DNA from: the human T2T-CHM13v2.0 reference genome, Homo sapiens
DNA: 64,000 bases
NCBI RefSeq assembly: GCF_009914755.1
Contig: NC_060929.1
Direction: 5' to 3' (one strand)
Positions 23,800 through 35,500 of this stretch are shown piece by piece. How positions within the stretch are numbered: the first letter of the stretch is position 1; the number at the start of each line of letters is the position of its first letter. A model generated the notes under the pieces. That model searched no databases and was not told where the DNA came from. It saw only the letters and a program-made list of their open reading frames with translations. A program made the translations under genes and the position numbers.

Positions 23800-26540
23800 A
23801 CCAGGGGTAATGATCAGTGGTGCTACTCACATTTCCACTCATTTCCTTGATTTCTGTATTCATGAATCCTGGCTGTGGGAGAAACAGCACCAGATCTTGG
23901 ATGCTGATTTAGAGCATATACAGCCTCCTGAAATACACTGGCCAAGTTCTCTAAGGTATTGTCACCCAACTGGCATTGCAATTGAGTCTTCAAAAGCCTA
24001 TCCTACCATTTTATCAAGGCAGCTGCTTCAGGATGATAGAAAACATAGTAAGACCAGTGAATTCCATAAGCATGTGCCTGTTGCTACACTTTATTTTCTG
24101 TGAAGTGGGTGGGTTATTGGATCAGAAGCAATGCTGGGAAATGCCATGATGGTGGATAAGTCATCCTGTAAGTCCACAGATGGTAGTTTTGGCAGAATCA
24201 GTGCATGCAAGGAGGCAATTCTGTATCTAGAGTGTCTATTCTGGTAAGATCACAGCACTTCCCCTTCCACGATGGAAGCACTCCAATATCATCAACCTTC
24301 CACTAGATGGCTAGCTGGTCACCCCAGAGAATGGTGCCATATTGGGACTCAGTGTTGTTCTTGGCTGCCGGCAGATTGATCACTCAGTGATGGCTGTTGT
24401 CAGGTCAGCTTTGGTGAATAGAAGTCCATGTTGCTGAATCCATCCTTGCCATCATGGCCACTTTGTTCATGAGCCCACTAGGCAATGGCAGAAGTGGCTG
24501 GAAACAGAGGCTATTATCCACAGAAAGAGTCATCCTATACACTTGATTATTAAAATACTCCTCTGCTGAATTTACTCCTTGGTGAGCATTCACATGGGAC
24601 ACAAATATCTTCACATTTTTGCTCATTCAGAGAGGTTCTCCAGAAAAGCAGAACCAATAGGATGTGTGTGTGTGCATATGCCTCTTCTCCAAGCCTCCCT
24701 GTCACCATTTTTGAATCGGGTTTCTTCCAAGTTCCTGACCATCCAGCTAAAACATTAGCCACAACTCATGAATTGATATATACTTGTACTTCTGCCATTT
24801 CTCCTTCCAAGTAAATGAACAACCAGGTACATTTCTTGAAGTTCTGCTCACTGTGGAGATTTCCCTTCACCATTGTCCTTTAGGAATGTCCTATAAAGGA
24901 CTATAGTGCTGTAGATGTCTATTTTTGGATTATGCCTACATATTGTACAGGACCATCTGTAATTCAGACTTGAGTGTTTTGCCTCCACAGTCATTGATTT
25001 TAGGGAAAATCCATAAGTATGGATTGAGAAAGAATATATTGTAGCAGGTGTGGAGACCATGGGCATTTGGGCCATTTCTTCATGAAACTTATGGCTTGGT
25101 GGGTCAGATAACACTTAGTTCATGATGGGCAATTCAGATGGCATGTTAACTTGGTGGCCCATGATCAAGCATTCTGTCTCTACTAAGGCCCAGTAGCAGG
25201 CAAAAGCTGCTTCTCAAAAGGAGAGTATTTATCTGCAAAAGGTAGCAGGGCTTTGCTCCAAAATCCTAAAGGCCAGTGCTGATTTACCTATTGGGGTCTG
25301 CCAAAGACTCCAAACAGGTCTCCATCTGTGACTAACACTTCAAGCACCATTGGATCTGCTGGGTCTTATGGCCCAAGTGGTAAAGCAGCTTGTGCACCAG
25401 AATGGACCTGTTGCAGAGCCTTCTCTTATTCAGTGACCTACTCAAAACTAGCAGCTTTTTGGGTCAATCAGTAATACACTCGAATGAGGAATACGTCGCC
25501 TCTAAAATCCAAAAAGGTCCACTAAGCATTGTGCCACTTTTGGGGTTGTAAGAGAGGTCAGCTGCAAAAACTTATTCCTCATCTTAGAAGGGATATCTTG
25601 ACATGCTCCACAACACTGCACTGCTAGAAATTTCCTTGTGGTAGAAGGCCCCTAGATTTTTGTGAAACATATTTTTTACCCTCTGACTTGCAAATGTCTT
25701 ACCAATAAGTCTAGAATAGTGTTGCTTCTTGCTCACTAGATCTAATCAGCATAATGCCATCAATGTAGTAGATTAATGTGATATCTTGTGAAGGGAAAGG
25801 CAATCAAGATCTCTGCACAATAAACTATAACACGGGGCTAGAAAGCTGATATGTCCCTGAGGTAGGACAGTGAAGGTGTGTTGCTGGTTTTGTTAGCTGA
25901 AAGCAAACTGCTTCTGGTATACTTTACTAAAAAACAGGAGAAGCCATTTGTCAAATCAATACCTGCATACCAGATACAAATGCATACATTACCTCGTTCT
26001 AGCAATGAAATTCATCTACCAGAGCAGCTGCAATCAGAGTCACTATCTGGTTAAGCCACTGTCATTCTCCAAAATTTGTGTTCAGTACAGCCCAAATAAG
26101 CAAGTTTGATGAGGATGTGATAACAATCACTACCCCTTCATCACTCAAGTCCTTGATGGTGTCACTAATCTCTGCAATCCTTTCAGGAATGCAGTATTGC
26201 TTTTGGTTTATTATTTCCTAGATAGAGGCAGTTCTCATGGATTCCACTTGTCCTTTTCTGCATAATAGCCCTCAACCCACAGGTCAGGGAGCTAACATGG
26301 AGATTCAACCAGTTACCAGGTATGTTCAAATTATGTATTCCAGAGCTGGGGAAATAACCATATAATGAGTTCAGGAATCCACTGGACCCATTGTGAGATG
26401 GATCTGAGCTAAAACTTCATTGAACACTGATCTCCATATTTCTGTACTCGAAATGGTGGACCACAGTGACATTTTGGGTCTCCTACAGTTAATGCCAATT
26501 TATAGCCAGGTTCCAGTAATATCTGAAATATCTGCTTATT
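23800..26540 (-). pseudogene. ERVL pro-pol remnant (protease, RT, RNase H, integrase), disrupted
   Basis: Minus-strand translation gives protease LLEPG in place of LLDTG (26505-26519), [11 protein letters not shown] (~25855-25880) and YIDG in place of YIDD (25756-25767), RNase H VKIFVSHVNAHQ...NNQV, and integrase HAYGIHWSY...HPEAA. Many stops and frameshifts. Confidence 0.88.
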
Positions 26541-27875
26541 TCCTTTTTCCCAGTGAACAGTCACTCTGGTAAACAGCTATGGGTCTCTTTGGGAAAGGCT
26601 GGAAGAAAGATTAATAGTATAAGTTTTTGGCAGTGTGGTGGGGTCCTTCCTCAAGGATCCTCAGCCTCCTCTTCATTCAAGGGGTTCTGGTCTGCAAACT
26701 TGCTGAAGTCTGGGGTTTGATTGAGTGGACATGACTCTGTTTTTATTACTCAAGTTGGACTTTTGTTTACTTGACCTAAAACTCTCCACTTTTACAGATC
26801 AAGTAATAATTTAGTAGGCTTCCTACCTATTTCACTTCTAAGAACACTATGATCAACTAGCCAATGTCACAGGTCTCTGTGAGTCAGATTATTACGACTG
26901 CCCGTTTGACACTGCTGTCCATTATGATATCCGTGCCCAACTTGCCTTTTGAGATTGAATGTTACCACTTTGCCCCTGCAACCCAAGGGATCCAGTTATT
27001 CCCATGGTATCTGGGCTTCTTAATGCAGTAGTAGCAGTTCCCATGATAATTCCAACCTACAGAAAAAAGCAATCACAAAGCTCTTCAAGGATATTGGGAC
27101 TCCCTTCACAAATTTATTATTCACAGTCATGATGAAAGATATATCTGTGGACCATTCTTGGGTGGGCGAGCAAGTCTTAAATGATAAATCTACCCTAAAA
27201 ATACCCCAATCCTGAAGACTTTGGATTCTTTACAATATACCATGCCAGTTCTGGCATGTCAACTGTACTTATAGTGGGGCACTTTTTGGTCTATGTTTCA
27301 GCCAACCAAATAAATAGCTAAAACCCTTTCTAATCCCCCAAGCTGCAACATTAAACCCAGAATATCTGCTCAGTGAGAATATATCAATAAATTTGGCCTG
27401 ATCCAACTTTATGCTTCTTCTACTATTATTCCACACCCTTAATATCCATTCCTACATGTATTCCCCAGATTCCTGCCTGTATAAATAGAAAATCATGAAG
27501 CTCTTTTGGAGGGTAGTGCATGTCCTTATAGCCACGTGTTGTACCTCACCCTTTCAGGCCTGCTGGAACTTCAGTCAAGTTATAGGTCTAAAAGCAAAAA
27601 AGGAGTGGTATAGATGGTCCCTAAGGAGAATCAACAGAAAGCCGGAACCTTGCTTCTTATAAGTTTTTGATTTGGAGTATCCAATGATACTTTGTATCAT
27701 TGTATCCAGTGATATTTTGCCTATCTCTATTGCTATATCACACTGTGGACTATCAGTGCCCTCTTTACCACTGGAAATAATCATTAGTGTCTTTAAATAT
27801 AATCAGATTAGAGAATCAATTACAGAAACTCCAAATCATTTCAAAGAATTGATCCTTAAGATCCTGTTCCTCTAT

Positions 27876-27897
27876 AACCACTCTTAGTACTGAAATC
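27876..27897 (-). other. Primer-binding site remnant (tRNA-Leu type)
   Basis: Reverse complement GATTTCAGTACTAAGAGTGGTT sits directly after the 5' LTR and resembles the ERVL GATTTTGGTACCAGGAGTGG. Confidence 0.6.
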
Positions 27898-28071
27898 TGT
27901 ATCAGTCAAGGTCTCCAGAAAAATAGAACCAATAGATTAAGATAGACATATAGAGATATAGATGTTAACCATTTCTACGGTATACATTCATTGCAACATC
28001 TAGATGAGCATTCAATCAGATTATTGGGTATTACAGCCTGGCTATGTTGATAAGTAAAACTAACTATCACA
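27898..28071 (-). repeat. 5' LTR (MLT2D-like), internally deleted
   Basis: Both termini are present (TGTATCAGTCAAGGTCTCCAG... and ...AACTATCACA) but it is only 174 bp, against 470 bp for the 3' LTR. Confidence 0.85.
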
Positions 28072-29179
28072 AAGGAGATGACCAGTAGCTCTCATTAGAA
28101 TATTATGCTTGGTTTTACCTAGGGTGAACTTTCCTGAAACAATCTAGACTGATCTAAAAACATCTTGTCTCAGTATAACTTGGACATTTTGAGGATAGGA
28201 GTGGGAAGGCAACCTGATTATACATAAAACCTTTTAAAGTAAGAAATAAAAAAAAGAGTTAAGAGGTCAATCAGGTTGGCCAATTTATTTGGTAGTTGAG
28301 GAGCTGAAGCATTTTTTAATCCATTAATATATACCCATTATGGCTGTATACTCTAACCCTTCTTAGCTGTTAAACCAGAGTTCAGAATGCCTGGATTCAA
28401 CTTCTAGCTCAGCCATCTTACTCAGGCAGATTACTTCATCTCTATAAGCCCTGTTGGAAATATCTCAGGGTTAGACTTTATGCATTTCTATCACTCAAAT
28501 TCATAACATTTTAACAATTTAAAAACAAATATCAAAATAATAACATATAGGTATAGATGTGGTACAAAATTTTGCTTTATTTCCAAAGGACTTGAAGAAT
28601 TTACTTGTTTTCATCCAACACACTTTTGAAAACATAAATAGCAAATATAAATATATTCTCATTGGAGGAGGGTTGATGAGATTTCCCGGGAGCGATGCTC
28701 TGCATTCTAAATCTGAGGCATCCTAACAGGTCCTGTGTGCCCTTGAGTTAAGGTGGGAGTCCATGACATTTGGTATAGAAATTGTTGCCTTTGCCAAATG
28801 AAAATGAAATTGACATATTGGCTGCACAGCTTATATTCTGAATTGTGTTCCCAGGAGTACATAGCCTGTACTCTTTTTCTGTTTTCTTGTAGTAACTTAA
28901 GAAACAAGTTTATAAGTTGCCTAAAGAGTCAAGACTGCTGTTGTGAAATAGAGGTTTTCTTGAAGGAAAACTAACCCTTCTAGTCATTAAGTTTTGTTGT
29001 AATGCTCTGGATAACCTGCTCTGGAACCATTAGAGCACTTTCTATAAATATTTCTGGAGGCCTTGATAGAAAATAACTTTACATTCAAATAGAATATAGT
29101 GGAATATTTGGAAATATAACCTCTTCACCCTTTACATCAAATAAGTTGCTGTATCAAAACAAAAATAAAAGCATGAGAT

Positions 29180-29370
29180 TTGACCATGACTTTGAGACCT
29201 GTGGCACTATTTTCCAGCAGTATAACATCAGAGTTCACTTGGTTCCTCTGAGTCTCAATTGTCTCATATAACAATGCCTACCTCTCAGTATTCTGAGATA
29301 ATCTTATAATGATATATATGAGAGAGATCTGTAAACTTTACAACATTGGCAATATTAATAGTTCTCTGAC
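29180..29370 (+). mobile_element. MIR-family fragment
   Basis: TCACTT...CCTCTGAGTCTCAATTGTCTCAT...CCTACCTCTCAG...CTGTAAACT. Confidence 0.5.
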
Positions 29371-30169
29371 AATCATATGCTCTTATAAATTCAGAACAAG
29401 TTTCAAAAGAAGCAGATGCTATTTGAGAGAACAGAATCACAATACTATCTTCTTAAAATCAAATCAAAATTTCACAGACGTAGCAACATAAATCCACAAG
29501 TGTTTATCTCTAGAAACAGTGAAATGGGAAAAGATTATCAGTCCTTTGTGCAAAGAACGTCTGGTTACAAATTCGGAAGGGTGCTGAAATGCCGGTTTTA
29601 TATATCTATTTCTGCTAGGCAGAGAGACTAGTCAGGAGATAAAGGACAGAGTGCTGGAAAGCTTGGGCACAGATTTTATGGAGCAGGGAGGAATCATGAA
29701 GGTGGGAGCACCATAGACTGTTCTAATATGCGGACTGTCAGTAAATGTCAAGACTCCAACTGAAACATCTTAGTACCGATAGCATCTGTTTCCCCAGCTG
29801 GTTCTCAGCCTGAAATTGTTAAGGAAAACAACGTGGTGGCAGGAAAGGATCAGTTTGGGAAAGATTAGATTCCACTCCCGGAGCCATAGAATCAACAGGA
29901 AGTTGCTGCATGTGATCTTTATTCAAAACTAGGAGAGGAATCCAGTAGAGTACATTTGTTCTGAAATTTCTTTAGCTTGGCCCAGACTACCTGCCTTTCT
30001 CCTTAGAGATAGGACTATTCTAAATAATGATATTTAGTAAATGGTATCTCAAATGTACTGGTAATTGAAAATAAAAACCTGGATGTGATTCTTGAGACCA
30101 CCTCTCAAATAGTTGTCAAACGGGTTCACTTCTCATCATTTCCACCTCTACCCTTCCAGCCTAGCCCTT

Positions 30170-30450
30170 TCCTGGGGGTGACACAAGTGGCATTTGAGCT
30201 GGATTTTCAATAATATAAAAGATGTCAACAAAATGGAGAGGGGAGGCAGGCAAGGAATTCAAAAGTCAAAAGAGAACAAAGACATTTTGGTAACAAACTG
30301 GAGCCTAGAATGCAGAAGGAAGCATGGTAAGATATAAATTCTGACTGCTGAAAATCTTGAATGCCACATAAGGATTTTGGACTTTATGCAAGAGACAAAA
30401 AGGTCATTTGGAGTCTTTGAAAATGGGTTTGGCAGGATTAGAACTATAAG
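30170..30450 (-). mobile_element. L2 fragment
   Basis: GGCATTTGAGCTGG...CTTGAATGCCACATAAGGATTTTGGACTTTAT is a typical antisense L2 3' region. Confidence 0.55.
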
Positions 30451-30454
30451 GTAG

Positions 30455-30970
30455 GTATAGAAAACCAGATTTTGTTATCCATTCATCTATCTGCTGATAA
30501 TAACACATTAATTATCCTCTATGTAATTTTTCCTTGCCCTTCTCCTAAGCTTTGTGCTTTGGGTGGAATTCATTTTACTCCTAGATCCACGGGTAACTCT
30601 GTGACTTAGACTTGGCACCCCCAAAATTGTTTTCCATGATCACTAAAATTGGCTTAGAATGGATGAGTGATCTGAAAAGCCAGTAAAAGTCAATGGGACT
30701 TTTGTTGATGCTATTGTGGGTCACACTGTCTTTCTTGTGAGACTCAAATCCGGGAGGTTATAGGTTGCAGCAGGTATTTATGCAATCATGTGGAGCCTGG
30801 AAATGACAGGCCCATGGGGAAGAAAACAGAGCCTGTGTCCTGGTCATGTTATCTGCGTTGCTCTCAAAACACCCAACCCTTGAGCTTTACGTGTTACCTA
30901 AGTCATTGAAATATCTTTCCTTTAGTTAGATTTTCTGCCTTTTGCAGCAGAAAGAATCCTGACTGAAACT
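30455..30970 (+). mobile_element. Old MaLR LTR (MLT1K/L-like)
   Basis: 3' end TTAGATTTTCTGCCTTTTGCAGCAGAAAGAATCCTGACTGA and internal CATGTGGAGCCTG. Confidence 0.55.
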
Positions 30971-31449
30971 CCAGTGAGAGAGATATGTACAACGCTAACG
31001 ATGTGAGAATACAGATACCAAAGGGGCAAGAGTAAAATCTGATATATATGGGGAAAGAGGTTTTAAGAGAGGATAATTTATGGTTCCCCCTTATTTTCTA
31101 TCTACAGGGTTAGCACTGTTATTGATCAACACAAGGGAGACTATTGTTTTCCTCTTATGAACCTTCACAACTGTTTAAGAACATTAAATATTAGGGTAAG
31201 TTTTCATTTGATTAGAAAGTTCTGTCTTTGTCTCCCTCTTCCAAACTATGATCAGATATAACACTCACACAAGAATAGGCTAACTCACTTATTTATGCAC
31301 ATTTTAAAAAATACTTAAAATATTAGGAAGCTTAAGTGAAAGAAGATAAGGCTATTATGACAAAGTAGATCCACTGTGACTCATGAAGCACAATTTTATT
31401 TGTCAGGAAATGTATGTAATTGATGCAGAGTAAATCTTTGTTGAGAAAT

Positions 31450-31660
31450 AGCAGCTAACACTTACCAAACATTATGCTCTGAGATTCTTATATATATTAA
31501 CCAGTTTAATCCTAATTATAGCTCTTTCAGGAATATATCTTTTAGTTTTAATTTACAATTCAGGAAGCTGAGCACAGATAGGATAAATACCTTGCCCTAA
31601 CTTTTAATGATGCCAGAATGCGAAACTGGATAATTTAGCTGTAAAACCACGTTTAAGCAC
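31450..31660 (-). mobile_element. MIR
   Basis: ATAGCAGCTAACACTTA...TTTAATCCT...GGAAGCTGAGCACAGA...CTTGCCC. Confidence 0.6.
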
Positions 31661-32552
31661 TGTACTTGGAGCAAGTGAATAAATGAATAAGCAAATAGAT
31701 CATCCCTTCTTCCTAATGCTGGAAAAAACCTGGCAATTGGATGGTGTCTTTGTAACAACTCAGTTCTGTTCTCTTCAATAGAGTCATATTCTTTTAATTC
31801 CTCAGTTGCTACCTGATTATCAATTAGAAACTTTGAGGAAGCTGTATTCACTATTTCCAATCTCCCAATACAATTTAGTGCACTGAAAAGACAATTTACT
31901 CAAACAAAAAACTTGTTAAATGCTAGTATGGTAAAGTGGAGGACTAAGTGTTATTTCCTATATTATCTACTTGTAGTAAGGGAGTAGATGACTCCCTGAG
32001 AGAAAATTTGCCTAATTATGGGTCTGATATCTAGTACTTCATAGCATTTTCTGCTCATGTTGAAATGGATGCCAGGCTGCATCTGTGTGTTTTAAATGAA
32101 AGTCTTGCCCAGGAACCAGTGACAATTTGCCCAGTCCATGTTTATAGTCTACAGTATTAGGTGGGATGGGTGGCACTGTAGTCACTAATCTGACATGAAC
32201 TAACACTTACCATAATGGCACAGGATTTACCACTTGAAATTGCACCTGAGTTTGTGCCTCTCAGCTAACATAGAAATGCTAATCATATCTCATACAGATA
32301 GCAATTTAAAAATCAATCTCTGTGTTCATGAAAATATGACTTAATTCTTGGCTGATGTCACTATAATGGGAGGGGTAAGATCAACTTCTATTTAAAAATC
32401 AGGTCATTCATGCATTTAATTGCAAAATATCTCACTGTCACAAAATGCCTCTCCTCCCTTTGTAGATGCATCCTTTTGTGTTCATCATAGTTCTTTCTGC
32501 AGCCTTTGACATGGGCAGGCAACTACCTCTTTGCTTTAAAACATATTATCTT

Positions 32553-35500
32553 TAAAAAAAATTAATTGACAATAATTTTACATATTCACGGGGCCCATAG
32601 TGATGTTTTCATATGTATAATGTGAAGTGATCAGGTCAGGTTAATTAGCATATCTATCATCTCAAACATTTATAATTTATTTGTGTTGGGAATATTTGCT
32701 AACTATAGTCATTTTACAGTGGTTTAGAACACTAATACTTATTTCTCCTACCTAACTGTAATTTTATACCCTTTAACAAATCTCTCCCTAACCCTACCTT
32801 CCCTCTACCCTTCCCATCCTCCAGTGTCTTCTGTTCTACTTTGTATTTCTATGAGATCAACTTATTTTAGCTTCCACATGTAAGTGAGAATATGCAATGT
32901 TTAACTTTCTATTTCTGGCTTATTTCACTTAACATAATGTCCTCCGATTCTATCCATGTTGCTGCAAATGACAGGAGTTCATCCTTTTTATGGCTGAATA
33001 GTATTCTATTGTGTACATATACCAGAGTTTATTTATTCATTCATCTGTTGTTGGATGCCTAGGTTGAATCCACATCTTGTCTATTGTGAATAGTGCTGCA
33101 ATAAACATGGGGGTGCAGATGTCTCTTTGATATTAACATTTCCTTCCCTTTGGATAAATTCACAGTAGTGGGACTGCTGGATCATGTGGTAGTTCTATTT
33201 GTAGTTTTCTGAGGGACCTCCATACTGTTCTGCACAGTGGCTGTACTAGTCTGTATTCCCACCACAGTGTATGAGAGTTCTCTTTTCTCTGCATCCTTGT
33301 CAGCATTTGTTATTTTTTGTGTTTTAGGTAATAGCTGTCCTCACTGGGGTGTGATGATACCTCATTGTGGTTTTGATTTGCATTTCCCTGATGATTAGTG
33401 ATGTTGAGTATTTTTTCACATATTTTTTGGCCATTTGTATGTCTTCTTTTGAAAAATATCTGTTCAGATTACTTGCCCTGTTTTCAATTACAGTGTTTAG
33501 GTTTTTTGTTTGTTTGGTTAGCTTTTGCTGTTGACATGCTTTAGTTCCTTGTATATTCTGGATATTAGTCTCATGTCAAATAAGTAGTTTGCAAGTATTT
33601 TTTCTTATTCTGTAAGTTGTCTTTTCATCCTGTTAATTGTTCCCTTTCCTGTGCAGAAGATTTTTAGTTTGATATAATCTCTTTTGTCTATTTTTGCTTT
33701 TGTTGTTGTGCTTTTGAGGTCTTATTTATATAACCTTTTTCCAATCCAATGTTCTGAAGTGTTTCTCCTATGTTTCCTTCTAGTAGTTTTACACTTTTAA
33801 GTCTTAAATTTGATTTTTTTGTATAGTGTGAAAGGTGGAGGTCTAGTTTCATTCTTCAGCATATGGATATCCAATTTTCTGAGCATCATTTATTCAAGAG
33901 ATTGTCCTTTCCCCAGTGAGTGTTCTTGACAGTTTTCTCAATAATCAGTTAGCTAGGAACACGTGGATTTATTTCTGGGTTCTCAATTCTGTTTCACTGG
34001 TCTATGTGTCTATTTTTTATGCCGATATCATTCTGTTTAGTCCCTCAGCTTTGTAGTATATTTTGAGGTCTACTAATATGATACCTCTTCCTTTCTTCTT
34101 TTTGTTCAGGATTGCTTTGGCTGTTTGGGGTCTTTTGTTGTTCCAAACAAATTTTAAGATTTTTCTTCTACTTTTGTGAAGAATGTCATTGATATTTTGA
34201 TAACAATTGCATTGAATCTGTAGATTGCTTTGTGTGGGATGGTCATTTTGACAATATTAATTCTTCCAGTTCTTAAGTATGAGATGTCTTTGCATTTGTT
34301 TGTATCCTCTTTAGTTACTTGTAGTTCTATACAAAACATCAATGTTTTATAGTTTGCCTTGTAAAGGTCTTTCACTGCCTTGGTTGAATTTATTTCTAAT
34401 TATTATTTTTTGGGTAGCTGTTGTAAATGAGATTGCCTTCTTGATTTCTTTTTCAGCTAGTTCATTGTTTGTGTATAAAAATGCTACAAATTTTTATATA
34501 TTCATTTTGTATCCTGCAACTTTACTGAATGTATTCATCAATTCTCAGAGTTTTTTGGTAGAGTCTTTGGGGTTTTCTATATATAAGACCTGTGTATAAG
34601 ATATTATTATCTGCAAAATTTGACTTCCTTCTTTCTTATTTGGATGCCCTTTATTTCCCTCTCTTGCCTAATTGTTCTGGCTGGAACTTCCAGAACTATA
34701 TTGAATTACAGAGGTGAGAGTGAGCATCCTTGTGTTGTTCCAGTTCTTAGAGAAATAGCTTTTAGACTTTTGATGTTAGCTATGTGTTTGTCATATATAG
34801 CCTTTATTATGTTGAGGCACTTCACTTTTATACCTAATTTTTAAGTTTTTATCATGAAGAGATGTTAAATTATATCAAACGCTTTTTCTTTATCTATTGA
34901 GAGGAACATATTGTTCTTTTCCTTTATTTTATTAATGTAGGCATAACGTTTGTTGATTTGTATGTGTAGAACCATCCTTTCATTCCTGGAATAAATCTCA
35001 CTTGATCATGTTATATTATCTCTTTGATGTGTTGTTGGATTCAGTTTGCTAGTCTTTTGTTGATTATTTTTCGTCTATGTTAATCAGGCATGTTGTCCTA
35101 TAGTTTTCTATTTTTGTTGTGCAGTTGTCTGATTTTGGTGTCAGGGTTTATACTGGCCTCATAAAATGAGTTGCAAAGAGTGCCCTCTCCTTCAATTTTT
35201 TAGGATGGCTTGAGAAGAATTGATATTAATTACTCTGTAAGGTTTTGATAGAATTCGGTGGTGACGCCATTTGTTTATGGACTTTTCTTGGTTGGAAGAC
35301 TTATTATTACTGATTGGTGTATTCTAGTTTTCTGTTTCTTCTTCTTGATTCAATCTTAGTAGGTTGTATGTGTCCAGAAATTTATCCATTTCAAATTTAT
35401 TTGACATATAATTGTTCCCAGTAGTCTCTAATGATCCTTTGTGTTTCCATGGTATCTGTTGTGACATCTCTTTTCTTATTTCTGATTTTACTTCTTTGGA

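Larger units (their letters stand above)
22126..28071 (-). mobile_element. Near full-length defective ERVL provirus with MLT2D-type LTRs
   Basis: Two same-orientation MLT2 LTRs (22126-22595 and 27898-28071), a PPT next to the 3' LTR, a degenerate tRNA-Leu-type PBS next to the 5' LTR, and pro/RT/RNaseH/IN/dUTPase remnants in ERVL order with no env. Confidence 0.93.

Noticed and set aside
23519-25114. ERVL ORFs as a domesticated retroviral gene
   Set aside because: Short fragments broken by stops and frameshifts, with catalytic residues lost in RT and protease.
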